Shown here in pieces: positions 40,954-55,985 of a DNA stretch of 64,000 nt. Numbering within the stretch: position 1 is the stretch's first letter; each line of letters opens with the position of its first letter. The notes under the pieces were generated by a model. It was not told where the DNA came from. It worked only from the letters and a program-made list of their open reading frames with translations, and searched no databases. Source of the DNA: Octopus vulgaris (lineage: Eukaryota); contig OX597824.1 of the NCBI GenBank assembly GCA_951406725.2, positions 72,912,001 through 72,976,000 on the forward strand. Direction: 5' to 3'. The translations under genes and the position numbers were made by a program.

Positions 40954-41391
40954 TATGGAACCAGTTGATATTTCACTCCATTGTTGCTCAGAGTTTCAAG
41001 TGTATAAAGTACACGTTCTATTGGTCAGGCATATTACTTGACCAATCGTACGTGTACCTTTTGCTGAGGAAATTCCAAGTTTTCTATAGTATAAATATGC
41101 ATGACCTTCCACCGTATATAAACGAAAGTTCCTCTATTTGCTCTTCCGTTACGGTAGAGCTGTGTAAAGTTCCTGGGTTTGTATCACTGATCATCTATTA
41201 AAAGAAAATTTTTCTGAGAAGCTCCATTCTAGCTCCTGTGATGCCGTTTTGCCCCATGCAGGCAGACTCGATCCATGTATGCTCTTTGGCACTTGTTGGT
41301 TAGTAGATGTGAATTTAAGCTTGAGGTGGTCGATATCGCCATTGAAATGAAAATAACAATGTGGGGCAAAAATTCCTTGCACAAAGATAGC

Positions 41392-41792
41392 TATTTCTTT
41401 ACTACCCACAAGGGGCTAAACACAGAAGAGACAAACAACGACAGACAAACGGATTAAGTCGATTATATCGACCCCAGTGCGTAACTGGTACTTAATTCAT
41501 CGACCCCGAAAGGATGAAAGGCAAAGTCTACCTCGGTGGAATTTGAACTCAGAACGTAGCGGCAGACGAAATACCTATTTCTTTACTACCCACAAGGGGC
41601 TAAACACAGAGAGGACAAACGGATTAAGTCGATTATATCGACCCCAGTGCGTAACTGGTACTTATTTAATCGACCCCGAAAGGATGAAAGACAAAGTCGA
41701 CCTCGGCGGAATTTGAACTCAGAACGTAACGGCAGACGAAATACCGCTAAACATTTCGCCCGGCGTGCTTACCATTCTGCCAGCTCGCCGCC
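41392..41792 (-). mobile_element. SINE family D tandem dimer with a single 15-bp TSD
   Basis: TTG(C/T)ACAAAGATAGC at 41377-41391 and 41793-41807. Confidence 0.9.
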
Positions 41793-42398
41793 TTGTACAA
41801 AGATAGCCATAAGAATCACGCTGTTTTAGTGCTTGGTTTTGTTTTCCCTATCACATATGTCATCATAAGTCATATTTTCATCCATCCCTAGTTCTGTATA
41901 GAAATTCATCCTTAGGTACCTTTTAAGATGTACTGTCATAAGCTATATTTTCATCCATCTCTTGGTGCTTATAGAAATCTTCATCAAATATAGGAAAGCA
42001 GACAGGTTAGTAACGGAGATGTTGCAAAACTTTTGGGTCGATAAAATAAAAGTGAATACCACGGGGTCAAACGGTATTTATTCTAGCTTTTTGCCTTCCG
42101 AGCTCTTAGATGGGATTCTTAATCTGTTGACCGGTTTAACACCACCACCTGGTTCTTGGCTGGCTTTAACAGAGTTCACTCCGTTGCAAGCATTCGGACC
42201 AAAATCCCGGTTTGAAGATAACTTTATCTCTTCTTCTCATCAGTTTCGAAGGTCTCGAAACAAAGAAAACCCTATGCGACAAAGTGGGCGAAACCAGGGG
42301 TTAAAAGAAAAATCTAGTCCTTAAAGCTTTCCACATTCAATGAAACAGAAGCCCACAATGTAAATTACACATCAATAGCAATATTGATCAATAGTATA

Positions 42399-43205
<807 letters not shown>

Positions 43206-43639
43206 AGAGAAAGAGAGAGGGAGTATCTGAAAGAAAAACATGAAGTCAGAGATCACGTCGCATCGTAATTAGCAACGTCTTCTAACAACCAGGAGTCGAA
43301 GCAAACCCACAGATGAAGTTTGTTATACACGAGAGAAAGGGTATGATGAAAGTTGGAAAGGCGCTTCAAAGAAAGTATCCTCTTAAGAAATGACCAGGAA
43401 CATATACAACCAAGTGAATTGCACTAGTTTACTCCTGCAGAACATCAAGGTTATGGATGATGACCTTCTCTAAGAGATAAAATGATCAACGACTTTTTTT
43501 TTGCCGTTTGTCAAATATTGAAGACATTGTTTTGATCGATTTTTACCTTTGCCGTATTTTGCTGCATACAAGTCAACGTAGAATATGTAGTGTGAGTGGC
43601 TTTTGATAGATGAATAGTGAAAGTAACTATTCACATCTT

Positions 43640-43758
<119 letters not shown>

Positions 43759-43791
43759 GTCTATCTACCTGTCTGTCTGTCTATCTGTCTT

Positions 43792-43844
<53 letters not shown>

Positions 43845-43854
43845 GTATCTATCT

Positions 43855-43885
<31 letters not shown>

Positions 43886-45155
43886 GTCTGTCTGCCTGCC
43901 TGCCTGCCTCTGTGTGTGTGTGTATGTGTGTGTGTGTGCGTGTGTGTGTGCGTGTGTGTGAGTAAATTCGCATTTCCTCCATGTCTGCATGTGTGTTCCT
44001 TTTGCTGGTTGTAAAGAATGACTTTGTTAACGGTGTTATTTGTTTACAGTTCACCGTGAAATCACGCCCGGGCTTCTTGACACGTCTTGACATGTCCTGT
44101 AATCATTGTAAACAAATGGCACGTTCGTACGGTATTGTTTTCTTTCTTTCCATTTTCATACATACATACATGCACACATGTTGTATATTTGCAACGGGCT
44201 TCCTCACAGCTTCCATCAACAAAATTCACTCATTGATCGATCCGAGGCTGTAGTTGAAGACACCTGCCCAAGGTGCTGCGCAGTGTGACTGAACCGGAAA
44301 CTATATGGCTTCAAAACCAGCTTCTTAACTACACAGCCACACCTGCGCCTCTCTGTACCGCGAGTTCAATTTCTGCCGAAGTCAGTTTGGACCTCCATCC
44401 TTTCGAGATCGATAGAATAGAGCGACGGATTGACATAATCATTAGAGCGTGGGACGAGATGATGCCTTGTGGTGTTTGCATTGAAAATTCTCTGGCAGGG
44501 GCCTCAATCTTACATGATTGTTTACGTTACTGTTTAACTGATCGAGAAACCTATGACGAAAGGCGTTCCAAACGTGAATGTCCCATCTGTTTTTCAGATA
44601 TAGTATATCCAGTATTACATTATCCAATGCTTCTTAGATTTTTTTTTTGACAGATGTGATTTGAGGGAAATTTGGCCGTTAGTTCTAGTGCACAGTGTGT
44701 GTGATTCGAGAGAGATTTGGTTGCTAGTTTTACCGGGACGTGCGTACACGTAGAGGCTCCCTCGATAGGCGCATCCCCATGGCATTTGTATTTTTGTCTG
44801 CAAAACGTCCCCTAAAAACGCTGAGGTATTTTCCATCACCCATATTCTTGTAATTTCTTATCAGCGTCAATGCCACCTTTTTATTTCTCTCTCTATATTC
44901 ATCACTGAAAACAATATACTTCGCTGATGAGGTCTAATAGGTTATAGTAGAAGACACTTGCCCGAGGTGCCACACAGTCAGACTAAACCCAGAACTCTGT
45001 GGTTGGGAAGGAATCTTGTTAGCATACAGCCACGCCTCCTTGTTTTTAGATTTTAAAACACGGTCAGAAGGAGTTTTTGTTTACTAATTGTATGCAAGGT
45101 TTTAGTCGACTATTTTCCCTCAGAATTTTATAATGTGTGACACTGAGCATTTATT

Positions 45156-45187
<32 letters not shown>

Positions 45188-45227
45188 TGTATGTATGTAT
45201 GTATGTATGTATGTATGTATGTATGTA

Positions 45228-45262
<35 letters not shown>

Positions 45263-45771
45263 ATGTGTGTGTGTATGTATGTATGTATGTATGTATGTGT
45301 GTGTGTGTATGTATGTATGTATGTATGTATGTATGTATGTGTGTGTGTATGTATGTATGTATGTGTGTATGTGTGTGTGTATGTATGTATGTGTGTATGT
45401 ATGTATGTATGTATGTATGTATGCATGTATGTATGTATGTATGTATGTATGTGCGTATGTATGTATGTATATATGTATGTATGTATGTATGTGTGTGTGT
45501 ATGTATGTATGTATGTATGTATGTATGTATGCATGTGAATATGCATGTATGTTTGTACATATGAATCGGTGCATGAATGTACGTATGTATGCATGTGCTT
45601 ACACACACACACACATGCACGCACACACACGTGCACGCAGCCACACACATATATATGTCTATCTGGCTGGCTGGCAGGCTGCCTGCCTCTCTGTCTGTCT
45701 CTGTAATGTATCTATGTATATTTATATAAATGTTTATATCTGCATATATGAATGTATTTATATATATGTTT

Positions 45772-45804
<33 letters not shown>

Positions 45805-45807
<3 letters not shown>

Positions 45808-46005
45808 CGGGAAGCTTTATGAAAATAAACAAAAGACGAAGGCAGGTGGAAAACAAACGAACAATTGTATTAGTATGGCGCTCAGGAAATATAAATAAAA
45901 CAAGTCTTTAACGTTTCGAGCCTACGCTCTTCAACAGAAAGATACACAGAGAGAGAAAAACAGAAAGAAGGAGAGAAAAAAAATGCGTGCAGTAGCTAAC
46001 GAATC
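45805..46005 (-). mobile_element. Solo PLE pseudo-LTR with hammerhead at 45905-45942
   Basis: Highly similar to 26152-26350. CTGTTGA core. Confidence 0.8.
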
Positions 46006-46256
46006 AATATATATATATGTATTCTCCCCCCCTCTCTCTCTCTCTCTCTCTCGCACGCACGCACATATACATGTATGAACAAATGTTTGCATGTATGTAC
46101 ATACGTACGCATGTATGCATGCGTGTATGTATGTGATGTATGGATGTATGGAAGGATGGATGGACGTACGTACGGATGGACGGATGTATGGATAGATGTA
46201 AGGATGCATATTTATATTTAGCGCATCGGATAAAGAAGCGGGTTACGTCATCTTAC

Positions 46257-46347
46257 TGAGTGACACAGACAATCGTTAAAACAATATGAGTACAGGCTGG
46301 CTTTGGCTGTTGTTATGGGCAGTCCGACATAATACAGAAGTTGATCA
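46257..46347 (-). other. Candidate 91-nt exon, possibly 5' UTR of the minus-strand gene
   Basis: (CT)n-CACTTCCTTATAG| acceptor and TCA|GTAAGA donor. Its only open frame is not phase-compatible with the 36961 exon. Confidence 0.25.
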
Positions 46348-46356
46348 CTATAAGGA

Positions 46357-46407
<51 letters not shown>

Positions 46408-46752
46408 GATAGAGAGAGAGAGGAAGGGAGGGAGGGAGAAAGGTGTGGAAAGTGAGAGAGGGGAGAGGGAGAAGGAGAGTAGCTAAAGTAGCGTGGTGGA
46501 AACAGAGTAAGAGGAAAGAAGGAATATAAAGGATAGAGAGGAATACAGAGAGAGAAAGAGATACACACATACATACCTAAACGTAGGTACACACATACAT
46601 ATACTCATATACATATACACACACAGACACATACATATACATACACATACATACATACACACACACATACACATACATATACATACATACATACATACAT
46701 ACATTTATACACTAATACATACGTATTCTCTAAATATTCGTAAAAATCAATT

Positions 46753-46802
<50 letters not shown>

Positions 46803-46845
46803 TCATGCTGTGAATATTACTTTTCCTGCTTGCATCACCAAACCC

Positions 46846-46926
<81 letters not shown>

Positions 46927-46935
46927 CATCCATCC

Positions 46936-46982
<47 letters not shown>

Positions 46983-46999
46983 CATCCATTTATCCATCC

Positions 47000-47205
<206 letters not shown>

Positions 47206-47802
47206 TTTTGTTTTTATTTCTGTATGTAAGGATATTGATGTATGTATGTATGTATGTATGTATGTATGTATGTATGTATGTATGTATGTATGTATGTATG
47301 TATGTATGTATGTATGTATGTACGTATGTATGTGCTTTGGTGCACAAAGAATGTGATTATTGATTGCCAAAGCGTGGCGTAGATAGTCACCAGGTATTAT
47401 TCAGATAAACCCGGAACTTATACTCCAACTCGCTGTGAATACGAGTCTTGATTACATCATTTATTTGTATACGCAACTTCCATGTGAATACATGCATCAC
47501 GCCTACTTCTCTTCGACTGTCTTTATCATTTCTAAACATGTGTGTGTGTGTGTGTGTGTGTTTGTGTGTGTAAGGTTTTCCATATATCTGCTTTCGTGTT
47601 TCTGTATAAGGTTGCGTTGGCACTGATATGGTGAGTCAAATCCAGGTATTTGCTTATATAGAAAAAGACGTGTGCGTATCGGTATATATTTTTTTGGTAT
47701 TGATGCCTGAATATATAAATTAAATCTATATTTACGTACGGCCGAGATACATGAGTCTACTTTATAGATTTATTGTATTATAGTGTACTAACTACAACGT
47801 AT

Positions 47803-48060
47803 GTGGAGGCACGTGGCTTAGTGATTAGGGGGTGCCAGCATCATGATCGCAAGATTGTGGTTTCGATTCCTGGACCGGGCGACGCGCTGTGTTCTTGAGC
47901 AAAACACTTCATTTCACGTTGCTCCAGTCCACTCAGCTGGCAAAAATGAGTAACGCTGCGATGGACTGGCATCCTGTCCAGCTGGGGAACACATACGCCA
48001 TAGAAACCGGGGAAACCGGGCCCATGAGCCTGGCTAGGCTTTAAAAGGGCGCACTTATTT
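47803..48060 (+). mobile_element. SINE family B, full length
   Basis: A-box TGGCTTAGTG, B-box-like GGTTTCGATTCC, Meta-like core and TTAT tail. Confidence 0.9.
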
Positions 48061-48091
48061 TATTATTTATATATAATGAATAATATAATAC

Positions 48092-48129
<38 letters not shown>

Positions 48130-48510
48130 TTTTATTCGTTTACTTGTTTCAATCATTTGACTTCGGCCATACTGGAGCACCGCCTTTTAGTCGAACAACT
48201 CGACGGCAGGACTTATTCTTTGTAAGTCTAGTACTTATTCTATCGGCCTCTCTTGCCGAAGTTATGGGGGCATAAACACACCAACATCGGTTGTCAAGCG
48301 ATAGTGGGGCAGGTGGAGAGGACAAACACAGACACACAAATACATACATATACACACATATATACGACGGGCTTCTTTCAGTTTCCAACTACCAAATTCA
48401 TTCACAAAGTTTTGGTCAACCCGAGGCTATAGTAGAAGATACTTGCCTAAGGTGCCACGCAGTGGGACTGAGCCCAGAAGCATGTGATTGGAAAGCAAGC
48501 TACTTACCAC
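48130..48510 (-). mobile_element. SINE family C
   Basis: Homologous to the other copies. Confidence 0.8.
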
Positions 48511-48577
48511 AATTATATGTGTATATATGTTTATGTATATGTATATGTATGTAAACATATGTATATCTGTCTGTCTG

Positions 48578-48613
<36 letters not shown>

Positions 48614-48849
48614 CACACACACACGTACACACATATATATATACATGCATGGAAAACCTCTATAAATGGCTGATGATTGCTCAACATTTTAAAACTGTTG
48701 TAATACTTACAATGTTTAATAAAATGATGTAGCGTGAAACGATCGTACCAAATTACCGAACAAATTCTTGTTGCTTATTTTGATTATATATATATATATA
48801 TATTATCGACAATACTATCATACATCCTTATGTGCTGACAGTGGTAATA

Positions 48850-49480
48850 CGTCTCCATTTTTCCTTTTGATTGCCTTTTTTCTTCCATTTGGACCGGAAT
48901 TGTTTCACTGTATCGTCTTCCCGACATCTTGGGGCTCTTCCTAGTGGTTTCTTCCGATTTCTTGGATACTATTCGACAACTGTGCTCGGGTCTACCTATT
49001 TTCTGTCAACCTTGCGCCATGCCCTTCCCTGCAGAACTTGTGCTTTTGGTATTCCCCGATTACACCCATTTCCCAATTACCGCGTTTCCGATATGCTTCC
49101 ACAATGATATTTCTTGAATAGATCTTTTTCTACAACCCTCTTTGATGTAAAACAGTTGCTGCTGTTCATCTTTTTTCGTAGTAGCTCATGTCTCAACTGC
49201 GTGCTGAATAACTCTATAAGAACAGTGTTATTGAAGATAACGCAATATCTTGTCCATCCGTACTTTGCGCACATCTTTAATCAAGGCGAACCACTGCCAC
49301 CTTTCTCTTATTCTGCGTGAAATTTCATCGTTCGTGCCTCAGCATACATTTATTCAATGTCCCATGTCGACTTACTTACTACTGGGGGAATAGTTTCTAA
49401 GATCTTCACTGTCACCTTATTAAGCAAGTATTCGATTGCGAAGTGGAACAAAGAATTTCCTTATCTACTCACCCCTGTGC
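48850..49480 (-). mobile_element. Degenerate RTE-clade LINE 3' fragment
   Basis: The minus strand translates TVVE*YPRNRKKPLGRAPRCREDD, resembling the RTE C-terminal W.PR..KR..GRP..RW.D motif. Confidence 0.7.
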
Positions 49481-50175
49481 AACATTTTCGTATTTTGTAT
49501 GAATGTATGCAAGCATGTATGTATGTACGCATGTATGTATGTATATACGACGGGCTTCTTTTAGTTTCCGTTTACCAAACCCACTAACAAGTCTTTGATC
49601 GATCAGGGGCCAAAGTAGAAGGCACTTGCCCAAGGTGTCCTGCAGTGGGATTGAACCCGAAACCATGTAGTTGAGAAACAAGATTCTTAACACACAAGAT
49701 GACCACACTTAAAATAAATTCGATCATTGGTTAGCTGTGTCGTAACAAGTTTGCTTCTCAACCATATGACTTGAAGTTCTGTCCCACTGCATGGTACTTT
49801 TCACAAGTGCACTTTTAACACCGTATTTTCCAGGGCATTTATCTCTCTTCATCAGCTGTAAAGTATTCTCACTTGATGGTAATCTTCAACATTTTCTTCA
49901 AGCAAACTCAAGGTTTCCTTCTTCATAGTATTGTACATCTGTGTCATAACGAAGACGTTGATGCGTTGGTTCTCCATCGAGATAAGCAGTGCTTTATGGC
50001 GCTATGACTGAACGGTCCAGCAGATGCGTCGTTTAGCGACCTGGATGTAGTCGCTCTCATATACATGCATGCATACATACATACATACATACATATAGGC
50101 AAGCATGCGTGCATACATACATAAATATATAAGTTTATGTATATATATATACGTACACACACACACACACACACC

Positions 50176-50242
<67 letters not shown>

Positions 50243-50244
<2 letters not shown>

Positions 50245-50450
50245 CGAGAAAGATTACGAAAATAAACAAAAGACGAAGGCAAGTGGAGTACAAACAAATA
50301 AATGTATTAGTATAGCGCTCAGGAATAGAAATAGAAAAAGTCTTTTACGTTTCGAGCCTACGCTCTTCGACAGAAAGATACACAGAAAAAAACAAGGAGA
50401 GAAACAAGGAGAGAAAAAAATGCATGTAGGAGCTAACGATCTGTCATGGA
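50243..50450 (-). mobile_element. Solo PLE pseudo-LTR with hammerhead at 50341-50378 (CTGTCGA core)
   Basis: Highly similar to 26152-26350. Confidence 0.8.
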
Positions 50451-50949
50451 CGTATGTATACATATATACACACACACACATATATATTGGAGGAAACCCC
50501 CTTCGGTCATGAATGACTATGGGATGCACCTAGAAAATTACCCTCCGAGGCAAAGTCAGAGAGAGATTGTTTGTGGAAGGCTAGCAGTCGCCCATGCATA
50601 CCAGCCTCCCCTCTCCACACCACTGATGTTATCCAAGGGAAAGGCAGAGGCCGATACAGTTTGGCACCAGTGATGTCGCAACTCATTTCTACAGCTGAGT
50701 GAACTGGAGCAACGTGAAATAAAGTGTCTTGCTCAAGAACACAACACACTGCCCGGTCCAGGAACGAACTCACAACCACATATATATATATATATATACA
50801 TATATGTGTATATGTATACGTATACACACACACACACATACATATATATATAATAGAAATATTAAAATTACTAAGTCTTTAAAGGTATATTTTGATATGC
50901 TGGCCATTGATAAAATTTTTTTCCTGAAAAAAATTTTATCCTACATTAG

Positions 50950-50983
<34 letters not shown>

Positions 50984-50997
50984 GTGTATATGTATAC

Positions 50998-51043
<46 letters not shown>

Positions 51044-51600
51044 GTAACACATCTATATATACGTTTGTATGTATAATGGTATCTGTAGATATATTCATAG
51101 ATGTGCATATATTAATGTATTTCTATGTGTGTGTGTGTTTGTATATATACACATTTATAGATATACAGGTGTGTATATATAAACACACACATATATATAT
51201 ATATATATGTATGTATATATAAGTATGCACATGTATGTGTATGTATGCATATATATACATACATACATATATATATGTATATATTTATATACATATATAT
51301 ATACTTACATACACGTCTGTTTATATTTGTATACATTTAAATATATATGATTTATCTTTTATAAATAAAACATATCACATTTTTTTATCTCTTTACATTT
51401 ATAACTTTGCTTACTTCCATAAAACCTTCCACAATAATATAAATCTATCACACCTCTCTTAAATAGTCTGTACTTAGCTTTCAAAGTTGCTCCAAAAAAT
51501 CAATACTTTCTTTTTAGATAATCAACAAAGTGTTGAATATTTTCGAGGTTTAGATTTAAAAGGAAATCAAAGATAATTAGATATGCTGTTCTTCCTATAA

Positions 51601-51971
51601 TCTCTATATATATAAACGGCAGTTTGTCTCTGTGTGTGTCTGTGTGTCTGTCAGGTTGTACCCTCACCCTGACCATGGCTTTCAACCGATTTTGATGAAA
51701 CTTGACACACACATAGCCCAATGTCATAATTCAAAACTAACGCAGCGAAAATTTTGAAAAGTTCCCCCAGTTCTGAAAAAAATCGATAAATTCGACATGG
51801 GGTCGAGAATCAGAAACACAAACCACAGACTGTCTAGGGGACGCAACTCGACCTTTTTAACTCTCAAAAAATTTTTTTTCCATTTTTTTCTATTTTTTGG
51901 CTATAACTCTCTAAAAATGCTTTATAGTTATTTCCCTTACAAACCCGAGCAACGCCGGGCGATACTGCTAG
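51601..51971 (+). mobile_element. Non-autonomous Helitron-type element
   Basis: Begins TC(TC)TATATATATAAAC and ends CCCGAGCAACGCCGGG-CGATACTG-CTAG. A/T target. Confidence 0.85.
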
Positions 51972-52374
51972 TATATGATAAAGCAACAAACCCATATGGC
52001 CACCCCTACAACGTTTCACCTCTTAGATCTTGAATTGATCAGCTAGTCATTCACACACACACGCACGCACGCGTGCATACACACACACACACACGCACGC
52101 GTGCACACCCACACACACACACAAACAAACATATATACATAGAAACTCATTTTCGAGTGTTCCTCTTCGTACAGTTTTTTTTAGTCAGAAATCAACATAC
52201 AGTCTATTGGAATGTCAGTCACATCGATCACATTCACCATGAATTACAAGGGAAGGTCTGAAAATGTTATGACTACGACCCCACTTTTTCTTCCCTTAAT
52301 ACATGCATGCATACATACATACATACATACATACATACATACATACATACAAACAAACAAACACACACACACGC

Positions 52375-52517
52375 AGAAAAACGGAAGACGAAGACTGATG
52401 TATGAACAACAAGCAGGTGCATTAGTTTGACGCTCGGGAAAGTGAGAAAGTCTTTTACGTTTCGGGCCTACACTCTTCATCAGAATGGAATAAGAGAAAA
52501 TAAACAGAGAGAGAGAG

Positions 52518-52520
<3 letters not shown>
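52375..52520 (-). mobile_element. Diverged solo PLE pseudo-LTR with canonical-core hammerhead at 52451-52487
   Basis: CTGATGA-A-GAGT-GTAG-GCCC-GAAAC-GTA-AAAGA. Confidence 0.7.
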
Positions 52521-52609
<89 letters not shown>

Positions 52610-52613
<4 letters not shown>

Positions 52614-52815
52614 CCGCGTGTGTATCGTTGACGATTTTCTTTCTCCGTCTTCCCTTCCTTGGACTTTTCCCTTTTTCTATATTTCTGACGAAGAGCTCCG
52701 CTTGAAACGTTAAATCATCCTTCTTTCTTTCCTTTCCTGAGCGTCCAATAATAACACTATACTCGTTCCATGTCCTCGCGTCGTTGTGTTTTCCCTTTGT
52801 TCATTTTGGGACTAA
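52610..52815 (+). mobile_element. PLE-type pseudo-LTR of another family with hammerhead at 52681-52715
   Basis: ATTT-CTGACGA-AG-AGC-TCC-GCT-T-GAAAC-GTT-AAAT. Flanked by microsatellites. Confidence 0.65.
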
Positions 52816-52817
52816 CT

Positions 52818-52853
<36 letters not shown>

Positions 52854-52860
52854 TTATATT

Positions 52861-52965
<105 letters not shown>

Positions 52966-53080
52966 TATAAATATATATATAAATAAATATATATATATAC
53001 ATATATATACATATGCATATATATATAATATATATATATTCATCTATCTATCTATCTATCTATCTATCTATATATGTATG

Positions 53081-53152
<72 letters not shown>

Positions 53153-53707
53153 TACACGCACAATCAAACAGAAAAAACAGGAAACTCAGGAAAACGAGAG
53201 ACCATTGTGACGGTTCATAGATAAGTATAAAAAGGTCATTGGCAACCTGATTCCCGAGATCCAATTGTGTGCCGCCAATATCTCTGGAAGGCACGCTTTG
53301 AATATTGTTAGCAGAATGACAGTAGATTATGAACTTTCAGGATATAAACATATGGAGAATTGCTATGGATTCTAGCTTTCTTTATTTGACATTTGACACT
53401 TTTGTTAACAAATCTGGTAAATATTTGGTGATGAAAATATTTATTTCTTATTTAAACATTAGCTTAGAGTGTTGTATAATTTATTATTGGAAAGAAAAAA
53501 AAATTAAAAAGTAAAGAAAAAATGAAAAGAAAATGAAAGAAGGATAAAAATAAAAAGCAAACGAAACGAGGAAGGAAATGTTGTTTCTGGAAATGTAGAA
53601 GGAAGAACATCAACCACAAACCCACCCTACTTGCCAAACAGAAACCGTAATAGTGAAACCATGCAAACTATGTACCGTGTAAACCGAACAACTAAACATA
53701 CACAGAC

Positions 53708-53798
<91 letters not shown>

Positions 53799-54168
53799 AT
53801 CAGCCGAAATTGCTACGATGATCCGGTTCTTGACTGAAGATTGAGGGCTTCGAATGTCTCGTCCGTGTTTTTTGTATCGTCCTCTAAGTGTTTTGCGTTC
53901 TTGTCCCAGTTTGTATTTTTCGAAATTTAATAATAATATATATAAATAAATATATATATATATATATACATACATGCATGTATATATACATATATATATA
54001 CACACATATATACATATGTATACTTATATTTAGATATATATACACATATATACATATGCACACACACATGTATATATATACATGTATATATATAAATATA
54101 TATATATAAATATATATATACATGTATGTATATGTATATATATATGTATATATGTATATGCAAACATG

Positions 54169-54223
<55 letters not shown>

Positions 54224-54278
54224 ATACCTACTTATATATATGTATATACATACACACACACGTATATATTTATATTTT

Positions 54279-54467
54279 GGCTGTGTGGTAAGTAGCTTGC
54301 TAACCAACCACATGGTTCCGGGTTCAGTCCCATTGCGTGGCATCTTGGGCAAGTACTGGGCTTACAAAGAATAAGTCCCGGGGTCGATTTGCTCGACTAA
54401 AGGCGGTGCTCCAGCATGGCCGCAGTCAAATGACTGAAACAAGTAAAAGAGTAAAAGAGATATGCAT

Positions 54468-54526
<59 letters not shown>

Positions 54527-54818
54527 CACGCATATGCGTTTGAGGTTTGTGTGTACACGCATACACACATCATGTTAATGTTTGTTTATAAGTTTAGTTA
54601 CAATAAAAACAACTTTACATTAATGTGAGCAGTTACTCTACTTTTGTTTAGCATACAGTCGCAGAAATGGCTGTGTGGTAAGTAGATTGCTTACCAACCA
54701 CATAGTTCCGGGTTCAGTCCCATTTCGTGGCACCTTGGCAAGTGTCATCTACTATAGCCTCGGGCCGACCAAAGCCTTGTGAGTGGATTTAGTAGACGGA
54801 AATTGAAAGAAGCTTGTC

Positions 54819-54868
<50 letters not shown>

Positions 54869-55070
54869 GCCCCCAACATCGCTTGACAACCGATGCCGGT
54901 GTGTTTAAGTCCCTGTCATTTAGCGGCTCGGCAAAAGACACCGATAGAATAAGTACTAGGCTTACAAAGAATAAGTCCTGGGGTCGATATGCTCGACTAA
55001 TGGCGGTGCTCCAGCATGGCCGCAGTCAAATGACTGAAACAAATAAAAGAATAATAGAATAAAAGAATAA
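54279..55070 (+). mobile_element. Two SINE family C copies (54279-54460 internally deleted; 54660-55070 full length)
   Basis: Homologous to 17532-18095. The first copy joins head to tail at the AAGT microhomology. Confidence 0.85.
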
Positions 55071-55365
55071 ATATTTTCTTAAACAAGAATACTGTTGATA
55101 GCGACTTCGAAGTTTCGGCCAGTTTAAGCCATCGCTGGACTGCTCTGCATTAGATTTAACCTAGGCTTTATATAGTCTCTGCTGGGTTTAAAGTCTTCTT
55201 CGAGCGTGTGGGTTTGAGTACGATGGTAGCAAGGCTTCAGGGTGGGTTGTAATGGAGAGGTGTTTTGGATATGTTTTTAGTGATTAAGTGATTAAGTTAT
55301 TGCTCAGGACTTATTCATGTATGTAGAGCCTTTTCAGCCAGTTAAACACACAGACACACACACAC

Positions 55366-55400
<35 letters not shown>

Positions 55401-55671
55401 GACAGACACACACACACACACAGACGCGCACACACACACAGGCACACACACACACAGACACACACACACAAACACACACACACACACACAGACACACACA
55501 CACAAACACACACACAGAGACACACACACACAGACACAGACGCACACACAGACACACACAAGCACACACACGCACGCACACACACACACATACACACACA
55601 CAGAGACACACACACAGAGACACACACACACAGACACAGACGCACACACAGACACACACACTCACACACAC

Positions 55672-55707
<36 letters not shown>

Positions 55708-55938
55708 ACACACACACACACACATGGTTCACCAATTATGAGCATTGTCGTATTACCGAAGACTGCGTGTTTAGATCCGTTCATAATGACATTGTTGGTC
55801 ATTAGTTCTTGTTAATCCCTACCGTGAGTGGATTAAGGTGAGCGAGTTCGTGTGTGTTTGCTGGGTGGGGTGTGGGGGTGTGGTTTTATCTCTTCTTTAA
55901 TTGAAGCTGAAAAAAATTGAGTAGTTGCTAAAAATATA

Positions 55939-55984
<46 letters not shown>

Positions 55985-55985
<1 letters not shown>

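Noticed and set aside
44924-44945. CTGATGA hammerhead start
   Set aside because: There is no downstream GAAA, and it is interrupted by a SINE C fragment.
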